This document shows positions 49,871 to 60,654 of a stretch of 64,000 nt of DNA, piece by piece; within the stretch, counting starts at the first letter, position 1; every line of letters starts with the position of its first letter. The DNA comes from Mobula hypostoma. Its lineage: Eukaryota. The stretch lies in the NCBI RefSeq assembly GCF_963921235.1, contig NC_086098.1, positions 310,001-374,000 on the forward strand, read 5' to 3'. The translations under genes were made by a program, and so were the position numbers. The notes beneath the pieces were generated by a model. That model was given only the letters and a program-made list of their open reading frames with translations, was not told the origin of the DNA and ran no database searches.

Positions 49871-51571
49871 CTCTCATCTGCTTCTCATTGTTACCTGTAT
49901 TGCTGCCACCTGTGTCTCATTGTGTTCCACCTATCATCTGCCTCTCCGTTTATTGCTCAGTGTCTTTTAGCCCTGTGTTTTCACCTGTTTGTTGCCAGAG
50001 TGTGCTATGAATTTTCCTGAGGCTTTCCAGCATTTATATCTGTACTCTGTCAATCTGAATATTGATTTTATATCTGTACTCTGTCAATCTGAATATTGAC
50101 TTTGCTTGTTTCCTGATTCTGGGTTTTGGATTTCTCTGGATGTTTTGATCTTTGCCTGAACTTTGACACTGACTTTGCTTAAACCTTGTTACTCAGTTAA
50201 TATCACTGTGTGCACAGTACTGGGTCTGTGATGGGATCCCTGCTCCAGTGTTCTGACAGAAAGGAGGAAAGGCAGCAGAAAGGAAATTACAGACCAGGTA
50301 GCCTGACCTCAGTGGTTGGGAAAATGTTAGTCAATTTTTAAGGATGAGGTGATGGAGTACTTGGTGACACAGGACAAGATAGTACAAAGTCAGCATGGTT
50401 TTCTTCAGGGAAAATCCTGCCTGATGAACCTGTTGGAATTCTTTGAGGAGATTACAAGTAGGATAGATAAAAGAGATGCAGTGGATATTGTGTATTTGAA
50501 CTTTTCAGAAGGCCTTTGACAAGGTACCACACATGAGGCTGCTCACTAAGTTAAGAGCCCATGGTATTACAGGAAAGTTACTAACATAGTTAGAGCATAG
50601 GCTGATTGGCAGGAGACAGTGAGTGGGAATAAAAAGATCCTTTTGTGGTTGGCTGCCAGTGATTAGTGGTGTTCTGTAGGGGTTGGTATTGGGACCACTT
50701 CTTCTTATGCTGTATATCAATGATTTAGATGATGGAATAGATGGCTTTGTTGCCAAGTTTGCTGATGATATGAAGATTGGTGGAGGAGCAGGTAGTGTTG
50801 AGGAAACAAGTAGCATACAGAAGGACTTGGACAAATTAGGAGAATGTGCAAGAAAGTGGCAAATTAAATATGATGTTGGAAAATGCATAGTTATGTAACT
50901 TTTTGTAGTAGAAATAAATGTGCAGTCTATTTTCTAAATAGTGAGAAAATCCAAAAATCTGAGATGCAGAGGGACTTTGGAGTCCTTGTGCAGAACACCC
51001 TGACGGTTAACCTACAGCTTGAGTTGGTGGTGAGGAAGGCAAATGCCATGTTAGCATTCCTTTCAAGAGGTCTAGAATACAAGAACAAGGATGTGATGCT
51101 GAGGCTTTATAAGGCATTGGTGGGACTTCACCTTAAGTATTGTGAACATTTTCGGGCCCTCTTCTTAGAAAAGGTGTGCTGGTATTGGAGAGGGTTCAGA
51201 GGAGGTTCACAAGAATGAAAGCATTATCATATGAGGAACATTTGATGGCTCTGGGTCTGTACTTGCTGAAATTCAGAGGATGAGGGGGGATCTCATTGAA
51301 GCATTTTGAATGTTGAAAGGCTTAGACAGAGTAGATGTGGAAAGGATATTTCCCATGGTGGATGAGGCTAGGACAAGGGGGCACAGCCTTGGGATAGAGG
51401 GGTGCCCTTTCAAAACAGAAATGCAGAGAATTTTTTAGTCAAAGGGTTGTGAATTTGTGGAATTTATTGTCACATGCTGCTGTGGAGGCCAGGTTATTGG
51501 GTTTATTTAAGGCAAAGATTGATAAGTTCTTGATTGGTCATGACATCAAATGTTATGGGGAGAAGGCTGGG

Positions 51572-51752
51572 AGCTTGGAATGGGCTGCTAGCGACAGTGA
51601 TGGAGGTGGATACAATAGTCTTTTAAGAGATTCCTCAATAGGTACATGGAGCTCTATGGGTAACCCAAGGTAATTTCTATAGTGAGTACATGTTTGGCAC
51701 AGCATTGTGGGCCGAAGGGCCTGTATTGTGCTGTAGGTTTTCCATGTTTCTC
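51572..51752 (+). mobile_element. Short 3' fragment of CR1 lineage A inserted in the H 3'UTR
   Basis: Matches 63810-64000. Confidence 0.75.
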
Positions 51753-52208
51753 TAACTGAGGTTGAGGAGGAGGGGGGGGGGAAGTGATCAATCATGATTG
51801 AATGGTGGAGCAGACCCTATGGGCCAGATGGCCTAATTCTGCTCCTATGTCTGTTTTTGTTTTATGGTCTAAGAACATGAACTGTAGAATCTATGGAAGT
51901 GATTCTGTAGGTTGGGGAATCAGTTCTGAGTTTTGAGTGACAAAACATAATGATGTACCAATACGTTACTGAGTTTTTGTTCCATTACATTTCACTCACC
52001 ATGAAGATACTTAAGTCACATGAATGTTGAACTATTGTTAGGAAATATTGCTATTGTTAAATAGCAAACAAATCTAAGGTATCAAATTAGTGCCATACCA
52101 GCGTTGTTGTAAGTGTGACTCTATTACAGCTCAAGGCATTAGTGTTCGGTGTTCAATTCCAATGTCAATGATTCTGGGAATGAAGGGGTTAACAGTGGAG
52201 GAGAATTT

Positions 52209-54783
52209 CAATAGACAATAGGTGCAGGAGTAGGCCATTTGGCCCTTCGAGCCAGCACCACCATTCACTGATCATGGCTGATCATCCACAATCCGTATCC
52301 AGTTCCTGCCTTATCCCCATAACCTTTGATTCTGCTGTCTTTAAGAGCTCTATCCATCTCTTTCTTGAAAGCATCCAGAGACTTGGCCTCCACAGCCTTC
52401 TGGGGCAGAGCATTCCATATATCCACCACTCTCTGGGTGAAAAAGTTTTTCCTCAACTCTGTTCTAAATGGCCTACCCCTTATTCTTAAACTGCGGCCTC
52501 TGGTTTTGGACTCGCCCATTAGCAGGAACATGCTTCCTGCCTCCAGCGTGTCCAATCCCTTAATAATCTTGTATGTTTCAACAAGATCCCCTCTCAGCCT
52601 TCTAAATTCCAGAGTATACAAGCCCAGTCGCTCCAATCTTTCGACATATAACAGTCCCGCCATCCCAGGAATTAGCCTTGTGAACCTACGCTGCACTTCC
52701 TCAATAGCAAGAATGTCCTTCATCAAATTTGGAGACCAAAACTGCACACAGTACTCCAGGTGTGGTCTCACCAGGGCCCTGTACAGCTGCAGAAGGACAT
52801 CTTTGCTCTTGTACTCAATTCCTCTTGTTATGAAGGCCAGCATGCCATTAGCTTTCTTCGCTGCCTGCTGTGGGAATAAACGGGACCTTTTCAGAATGGC
52901 AGGCGGTGACTAGTGGGGTACCGCAAGGCTCAGTGCTGGGACCCCAGTTGTTTACAATATATATTAATGACTTGGATGAGGGAATTAAATGCAGCATCTC
53001 CAAGTTTGCGGATGACACAAAGCTGGGTGGCAGTGTTAGCAGTGAGGAGGATGCTAAGAGGATGCAGGGTGACTTGGATAGGTTGGGTGAGTGGGCAAAC
53101 TCATGGCAGATGCAATTTAATGTGGATAAATGTGAAGTTATCCACTTTGGTGGCAAAAATAGGAAAACAGATTATTATCTGAATGGTGGCCGATTAGGAA
53201 AAGGGGAGGTGCAACGAGACCTGGGTGTCATTATACACCAGTCATTGAAAGTGGGCATGCAGGTACAGCAGGCGGTGAAAAAGGCGAACGGTATGCTGGC
53301 ATTTATAGCGAGAGGATTCGAGTACAGGAGCAGGGAGGTACTACTGCAGTTGTACAAGGCCTTGGTGAGACCACACCTGGAGTATTGTGTGCAGTTTTGG
53401 TCCCCTAATCTGAGGAAAGACATCTTTGCCATAGAGGGAGTACAAAGAAGGTTCACCAGATTGATTCCTGGGATGGCAGGTCTTTCATATGAAGAAAGAC
53501 TGGATGAACTGGGCTTGTACTCGTTGGAATTTAGAAGATTGAGGGGGGATCTGATTGAAACGTATAAGATCCTAAAGGGATTGGACAGGCTAGATGCGGG
53601 AAGATTGTTCCCGATGTTGGGGAGGTCTAGAACGAGGGGTCACAGTTTGAGGATAGAGGGGAAGCCTTTTAGGACCGAGGTTAGGAAAAACTTCTTCACA
53701 CAGAGAGTGGTGAATCTGTGGAATTCTCTGCCACAGCAAACTGTTGAGGCCAGTTCATTAGCTATGTTTAAAAGGAAGTTAGATATGGCCCTTGTGGCTA
53801 CAGGGGTCAGGGGGTATGGAGGGAAGGCTGGGTTCTGAGTTGGATGATCAGCCATGATCATAATAAATGGCGGTGCAGGCTCGAAGGGCCAAATGGCCTA
53901 CTCCTGCACCTATTTTCTATGTTTCTATGTTTCTATGTACTTGTATGCTTGCTTTCAGTGACTGATGTACAAGAACACCTAGATCTTGTTGTACTTCCCC
54001 TTTTCCTAACTTGACTCCATTTAGATAATAATCTGCCTTCCTGTTCTTACCATCAAAGTGGATAACCTCATATTTATCCACATTAAACTGCATCTGCCAT
54101 GCATCTTCCCTCTCACCCAGCCTGTCCAAGTCACCCTGCATTCTCATAACATCCTCCTCACATTTCACACTGCCACCCAGCTTTGTGTCATCGGCAAATT
54201 TGTTAATGTTACTTTTAATTCCCTAATCTAAATCATTAATATTTATTGTAAATAGCTGCGGTCCCAGCACTGAACCCTGTGGTACCCCACTGGTCACTGC
54301 CTACCATTCCGTAAGGGACCAGTTAATCGCTACTCTTTGTTTTCTGTCAGCCAGCCAATTTTCAATCCATGTCAGTACTCTGCCCCCAATACCAAGTGCC
54401 CTAATTTTTCCCACTAATCTCCTATGTGGGACTTTATCAAAGGCTTTCTGAAAGTCCAGCTACACTACATCCACTGGCTCTCCCTTGTTCATTTTCATAG
54501 TTACATCCTCAAAAAATTCCAGAAGATTAGTCAAGCATGATTTCCCCTTCGTAAATCCATGTTGACTTGGACCGATCCTGTTACTGCTATCCAGATGTGT
54601 TGTAATTTCATCTTTTATAATTGACTCCAGCATCTTTCCCACCACCGACGTCAGGCTATCTGGTCTATAAATCCCTGTTTTCTCTCTTCCTCCCTTCTTG
54701 GAGAGAGGGACAACATTAGCCACCCTCCAATCCACGGGAACTGATCCTGAATCTATAGAACATTGGAAAATGATTACTAATGC
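52209..54783 (-). mobile_element. 5'-truncated CR1 lineage E-like copy (E2), interrupted by B4
   Basis: Tail caatagacaatag. RT ORFs at 52265-52843, 53917-54168 and 54460-54804. Confidence 0.85.
52870..53937 (+). mobile_element. Young 5'-truncated CR1 lineage B copy (B4)
   Basis: The 322-aa ORF is nearly identical to the B2 C-terminus. Tail (tttctatg)x3. The host gcctgctgt|acttgtatg rejoins. Confidence 0.93.
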
Positions 54784-55048
54784 GTTTTGTAGCTTTGGGC
54801 TCATTGGGATTTAGGTGAATGTGGGGGGATCTCACTGAAACCTACTGAATGTTGAAAGGACTAGATAGGATGGAGGTGAACGGGATGTTTCCTATGGTGG
54901 GTGTATCCAGAACTAGGGGGCATAGACTCAGCATAGACCTTTTAGAACAGAGGTAAGGAGGAATTCTTTTATGCAAACACGAGGAAATCTGCAGATGCTG
55001 GAAAAGTTGCTGGTGAACGCAGAAGGCCAGGCCTCTAGGAAGAGGTAC

Positions 55049-55084
55049 AGTTGACATTTCAGGCCGAGACCCTTCGTCAGGACT
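55049..55084 (-). ncRNA. Hammerhead ribozyme motif in the PLE 3' pLTR (CpG-type mutations near the cleavage site)
   Basis: AGUC-CUGACGA-AGG..CCU-GAAA-UGUC-AACU. Confidence 0.65.
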
Positions 55085-55379
55085 AACTGAAAGAAGAGCT
55101 AGTAAGAGATTTGAAAGTGGGACGGGGAGGGGGAGATCTGAAATGATAGGAGAAGACAGGAGGGGGAGGGATGGAGCCAAGAGCTGGACAGGTGACTGGC
55201 AAAGGGGATATGAGAAGATCATGGGGCAAGAGGCCCGGGGAGAAAGACAAGGGGGGGGGAACCCAGAGGATGGGCAAGGGGTATAGTCAGAGGGACAGAA
55301 GGAGAAAAAGGAGAGAGAGAGAGAAAGAATGTGTGTATATAAATAAATAACGGATGGGGTACGAGGGGGAGGTGGGGCA

Positions 55380-57750
55380 TTAGCGGAAGTTTGAGAAGTC
55401 AATTTCATGCCATCCGGTTGGAGGTTAACCAGACGGAATATAAGGGGTTGTTCCTCCAACCTGAGTGTGGCTTCATCCTTACAGTAGAGTAGGCCATGGA
55501 TAGACATATCAGAATGGGAATGGAACGTGGAATTAAAATGTGTGGCCACTGGGAGATCCTGCTTTCTCTGGCGGACAGAGTGTAGGTGTTCAGTGAAACT
55601 ATCTCCCAGTCTGCGTTGGGTCTCGCCAATGTATAGAAGGCCACATCGGGAGCACCGAACGCAGTATATCACCCCAGCCGACTCACAGGTGAAGTGTCGC
55701 CTCACCTGGAAGGACTGTCTGGGGCCCTGAATGGTGATGAGGGAGGAAGTGTAAGGGCATGTGTAGCACTTGTTCCGCTTACAAGGATAAGTGTCAGGAG
55801 GGAGATCAGTGGGGAGGGATGGGGGGAACGAATGGACAAGGGAGTCGCGTAGGGAACAATCCCTGCAGAAAGCAGAGAGGTGGGGAGGGAAAGATGTGCT
55901 TAGTGGTGGGATCCTGTTGGAGGTGGCGGAAGTTACGGAGAATTATATATTGGACCTGGAGGCTGGTGGGGTGGTAGGTGAGGACAAGGGGAACCCTATT
56001 TCTAGTGGGGTGGCAGGAGGATGGAGTGAGAGCAGATGTGCGTGAAATGGGGGAGATGCGTTTGAGAGCAGAGTTGATGGTGGAGGAAGGGAAGCCCCTT
56101 TCTTTAAAAAAAGGAGGACGTCTCCCTCATCCTGGAATGAAAGCCTCATCCTGAGAGCAGATGAGGCGGAGATGGAGGAATTGCGAGAAGGGGATGGCAT
56201 TTTTGCAAGAGACAGGGTGAGAAGAGGAATAGTCCAGATAGCTGTGAGAGTCAGAAGGCTTATAGTAGACACAGTAGATAAGCTGTCTCCAGAGATAGAC
56301 AGAAAGATCTAGAAAGGGGATGGAGGTGTTGGAAATGGACCAGGTAAACTTGAGGGCAGGGTGAAAGTTGGAGGCAAAGTTAATGAAGTCAACGAGCTCA
56401 GCCTGCGTGCAGGAAGCAGCGCCAATGCAGTCATCGATGTAGTGAAGGAAAAGTGGGGGACAGATACCAGAATAGGTTTGGAACATAGATTGTTCCACAA
56501 AGCCAACAAAAAGGCAGGCATAGCTAGGACCCATACGGGTGCCCATAGCTACACCTTTAGTTTGGAGGAAGTGAGAGGAGCCAAAGGAGAAATTATTAAG
56601 AGTAAGGACTAATTCTGCTAGACGGAGCAGAGTGGTGGTAGAGGGGAACTGGTTAGGTCCGGAATTCAAAAAGAAACTGAGAGCTTTGAGACCTTCCTGA
56701 TGGGGAATGGAAGTATATAGGGACTGGACATCCATGGTGAAGATAAAGCGGTGGGGGCCAGGGAACCTAAAATAATCGAAAAGTTTCAGAGTGTGAGAAG
56801 TGTCACAAACATAGGTAGGAAGAGATTGAGCAAGGGGGGAATAAAACCGTGTCGAGATATGCAGAAGTGAGTTCGGTGGGGCAGGAGCAAGCTGAGACAA
56901 TAGGTCTGCCAGGACAGGCAGGTTTGTGGATCATGGGTCGGAGGTAGAAACGGGAAGTGCAGGGTGTGGGAACTATAAGGTTGGTAGCAGTGGATGGGAG
57001 ATCCCCTGAGCGGATAAAGTCGGTGATGGTGTGGGAGACAATGGCCTGGTGCTCCTTACTGGGGTCATGATCAAGGGGTAAATAAGAGGAGGTATCCGCG
57101 AGTTGTCGCTGAGCCTCGGCAAGGTAGAGGTCAGTGCGCCAGACTACAACAGCACCCCCCTTATCAGCGGGTTTTATAGTAAGGTTAGGATTAGTGCAGA
57201 GGGAGTGGAGAGCAGAACGTTCGGAAGGAGTGAGGTTAGAATGGGAACAATGTGCGGTGAAGTCGAGACGGTTGATGTCCCATTGGCAGTTAGCAATAGA
57301 GATCCAGAGCAGGCAGAAGACCAGAGCGGGGTGTCCATGAAGAGGAGGAGGGTTGAAGACGGGAGAAGGGCTCATTGGTGGGGGTGGGAGAGTCCTTGCC
57401 AAAGAAGTAGGCTTGAAGATGGAGCCGGCGGAAGAAGAGTTCCGTGTCATGGCGAACGCGGAACTCGCTGAGGTGTGGGCAAAGGGGGACAAAGGTGAGG
57501 CCCTTACTGAGGACAGAGCGCTCTGCCTCAGAGAGTTGAAGGTCGGAGGGGATGGTAAAGACCTGGCACAGATGAGAAGTGGGATCAAAGGGGGGAGGGG
57601 GAGGGAGGCTGGTGGTGTCAGTGGAGGGGGAGGGTTGGGGTGAGAGGAAGAGGGAGGCTCCGAGGGCCCAGGAGTAGATGCTGGAATGTGAGGGAGACGA
57701 GGTTGCAGAGTGGTGGTGGGGGAAGGGGAGACGGGAGTCACAATAGCAGC
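55380..57750 (-). pseudogene. PLE polyprotein: RT + Cys-rich linker + GIY-YIG endonuclease, frameshifted and 5'-truncated
   Basis: KPADKG, GRPIVS, TMDVQSLYTSIP, GVAMG, YIDD, FLDL; linker CKRNKCYTC; GVIYCVRCSRCGLLYIGET..EH. Confidence 0.92.
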
Positions 57751-57756
57751 ATGTGA

Positions 57757-58507
57757 ATACTAATAACACCATAAATAGTTAAATAGTAATATGTAAATTG
57801 TACCAGGAAATAAGTCCAGGACCAGCCCATTGGCTCAGAGTGTCTGACCATCCAAGGGAGGAGTTGTAAAGTTTGATGGCCACAGGCAGGAATGACTTCC
57901 TATGACGCTTTGTGTTGCATCTCAGTGGAATGAGTCTCTGGCTGAATGCGCTCCTGTGTCCACCCAGTACATTATGTAGTGGATGGGAGACATTGTCCAA
58001 GATGGCATGCAACTTGGACAGCATCCTCTTTTCAGACACCACCGTCAGAGAGTCCCGTTTCATCCCCACAACATCACTGGCCTTCCGAATGAATTTGTTG
58101 CTTCTGTTGGTGTCTGCTACTCTCAGCCTGCTGCCCCAGCACACAACAGCAAACATGATTGCACTGGCCACCACAGACTCGTAGAACATCCTTAGCATCG
58201 TCCGACAGATGTTAAAGGACCTCAGTCTCCTCAGGAAATAGAGACGGCTCTGACCCTTCTTGTAGACAGCCTCAGTGTTCTTTGACCAGTCCAGTTTATT
58301 GTCAATTCGGATCCCCAGGTATTTGTAATCCTCCACCATGACCACACTGACCCCCTAGATGGAAACAGGGGTCACCGGTGCCTTAGCTCTCCCCAGGTCT
58401 ACCACCAGCTCCTTAATCTTTTTCACATTAAGCTGCAGATAATTCTGCTCACACCATGTGACAAAGTATCCTACCGTAGCCCTGTACTCAGCCTCATCTC
58501 CCTTGAT
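57757..58507 (-). mobile_element. Rex1/Babar-type LINE fragment (RT C-terminal part), no 3' tail
   Basis: YKYLGIRIDNKLDW, RLYFLRRLRSF, FYESVVASAIMFAVVCWG, SFLPVAIKLYN. Confidence 0.85.
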
Positions 58508-58615
58508 GGAGTCCAGCTCTTGGCTCCATCCCTCCCCCTCCTGTCTTCTCCTATCATTTCAGATCTCCCTCTCCCCATCCCACTTTCAAATCTCTTACTA
58601 GCTCTTCTTTCAGTT

Positions 58616-58651
58616 AGTCCTGACGAAGGGTCTCAGCCCGAAACATCGACT
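58616..58651 (+). ncRNA. Hammerhead ribozyme motif in the inverted pLTR
   Basis: AGUC-CUGACGA-AGGG(UCUCAG)CCC-GAAA-CAUC-GACU; stem III carries a G>A change. Confidence 0.7.
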
Positions 58652-58751
58652 GTACCTCTTCCTAGAGATGCTGCCTGGCCTGCTGCGTTCACCAGCAACT
58701 TTTATGTGTGTTGTGAGGAATTCTTTTAGCCAGGGAGTAGTGAATCTGTAG

Positions 58752-59850
58752 AAGATCCAGGGGAGTTACTGGCAGAGGTGGAGAATTGGCTGGTTGGCAG
58801 AAAGCAGAGTGGGAATAAAGGTATCCTATTCTGGCTGGCTGCCGGTTACCAGTGGAGTTCCATGGGTTGGTGTTGGGACTGCTACTTTTTATGATGTATG
58901 TTAATGATTTGGACCACGGTATTAATGGATTTGTGGCTAAATTTGCAGATGATACAAAGATAGGTGGAGGAGCGGGTAGTGTGGAGGAAACAGAGCCTGT
59001 AGAGAGAATTAGACAGTTTGGGGGAATGGGCAAAGAAGTGACAAATGAAATCAATGTTGGACAGTGTATGGTCATGCATTTTGGTGGAAGAAATAAATGG
59101 GCAGACTATTATTTGGATGGGGAAAGAATTCAAAATGCAGAGATGCAAAGGGACTTGGGAATCCTTGTGCAACATACTCTAAAAGTTAACCTCCAGGTTG
59201 AGTCGGTTGTGAAGAAGGTGAATGCAATGTTGGCATTCATTTCTAGTGGTATAGGGTATAAGAGCAGGGATGTGATGTTAAGGCTCTATAAGGCACTCGT
59301 GAGACCACACTTGAAGTATTGTGTGCAGTTTTGGGCTCCTTATTTTAGAAAGGATATGCTGACATTGGAGAGGGTTCAAGAGAAGATTCACAAGAATGAT
59401 TCCAGGAATGAAAGGGTTACTGTATGAGGAATGTCTGGTAGCTCTTGGGCTGTGTTCCATGGAGTTCAGTAGAATGCTAAAAGGCCTGAAAAGATTCCGA
59501 ATGTTAAAAAGCCTGAACAGATGAGATATAGCCAAGTTATTTCCCATGATGGGGGATTCTAGAGCAAGAGGGCACGACTTCAGGATCAAAGGACGTCCAT
59601 TTAGAACAGATGTGGAGAAATTACTTTTGTCAGATGGTGGTAAATCTGTGGAATTTGTTGCTATGAATGGCTGTAGAGGCCAAGTCATTGGGTGTATTTA
59701 AGGCAGAGATAGATAGGCATCAAAGGGTATGGGGTGAAGGCAGGGGAGTGTGGATGACTGGAAGAATTGGATCAGCCCATGATTGATTGGTGGATCAGAC
59801 TCAATGGGCTGAATAGCCTACTTCTGCTCCTATATCTTATAGTCTTATGA
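58752..59850 (+). mobile_element. 5'-truncated CR1 lineage F copy (F2)
   Basis: Collinear with 22040-23176; tail tcttatagtcttatga. Confidence 0.85.
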
Positions 59851-60447
59851 TTGCTCTGCCACAGAATGCAGTGGAGGCCAAGTCGGTGCGTATATTTAAG
59901 GCAGAGTTGATCGTTTCCTGATTGGTCAGGGCATCAAAAGATTTGGCGAGAAGGCAGGTGTATGGGATTTAGTGGGATCTGAGATCAGCCATGATGGGAT
60001 GGCAGAGCAGATTCAATGGTCTGAATGGTCTAATTCTGGTCCTATGTCTTGTGGTTGTTTACAAGGAATTTGTACGTCTTATTCGTGGAATGGGTGGGTT
60101 TTCTCTGGGCCTTCCTATTTTCTCCCAGAGTCCAAAGACATACCATTAATTGGTCATTGTAAATTGTACTGTAATTGGGTTAGGATTAAGTCGGGGGTCA
60201 TTGGGTGATACAGTTCAAAGGGCTGGAAGTGACTGTTCCAATTTTGTATCTCTAAATAAAATAAATACCAAAAAAGTGGTAATATATAACAAATTCAAGA
60301 TATTGTTCTTGAATTCCAAATACTTAAAGAAGCCACTGCAGAATTAACAAGAATGGGAAGCTTAAAAATATTAATTGTGTTGCCATGGTGATTTTCTTAC
60401 CTGATTGCACTTCTACAGAATTGCTGATCAGAAAAATAATGAACAAG

Positions 60448-60580
60448 CAATCACAAAATTTCAGGAAGCACTCAGTGTGTCAGGCAGCAGCTATGGAGGG
60501 GAATAAGTAGTCAACATTTTGGGCAAAGGCTATTCTTCAGGGTCTTAGCATGAAGCATTCCTCCAACATTTTAGGTGTAA
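60448..60580. mobile_element. Highly decayed pLTR-derived mini-element with inverted ends
   Basis: cacaaaatttcaggaagcactcag...ttcctccaacattttaggtgt, with a decayed hammerhead at ~60509-60545. Confidence 0.5.
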
Positions 60581-60654
60581 AATGCTCAATTATTATTGAA
60601 GAATTCAAATAGTGATTATGAGCACAATGTCAGTTGTAAATCTGATATCTTGAA

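Larger units (their letters stand above)
44373..50258 (+). mobile_element. Solo LTR (~510 bp of own sequence: 44373-44503 + 49881-50258), split by an I/Nimb LINE
   Basis: tgtcag...ctgaca termini with TSD gaaag (44368-44372 / 50259-50263). A 34-bp tandem duplication lies at 50033-50099. Confidence 0.82.
44127..51869 (+). mobile_element. Older CR1 copy (lineage H, F-related; own sequence 44127-44372, 50259-51869)
   Basis: PLFKK|GG rejoins across the LTR. Degraded RT. taagaa flanks both ends (44120-44125 / 51870-51875). Confidence 0.82.
54972..58714 (-). mobile_element. Penelope-like element (Neptune-type) with inverted pLTRs and a 14-bp TSD
   Basis: TSD gaggaattctttta (54958-54971 / 58715-58728). 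The pLTR at 54972-55190 is inverted at 58508-58714. Confidence 0.9.
52168..60054 (+). mobile_element. Old CR1 3' fragment broken into four pieces (52168-52208, 54784-54971, 58715-58751, 59851-60054)
   Basis: The pieces join in the order of a CR1 ORF2 C-terminus and 3'UTR (compare 22700-23170). Confidence 0.7.
52092..60268 (+). mobile_element. tRNA-derived SINE split by a 7.9-kb nest (head 52092-52167, body/tail 60055-60268)
   Basis: The head has ctattacagctc..gttcaattcc (B-box). The body resumes aaggaatttgtacgt..ccaaagacatacc..taattggtcattgtaaattg and ends tgtatctctaaataaaa. Confidence 0.65.
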
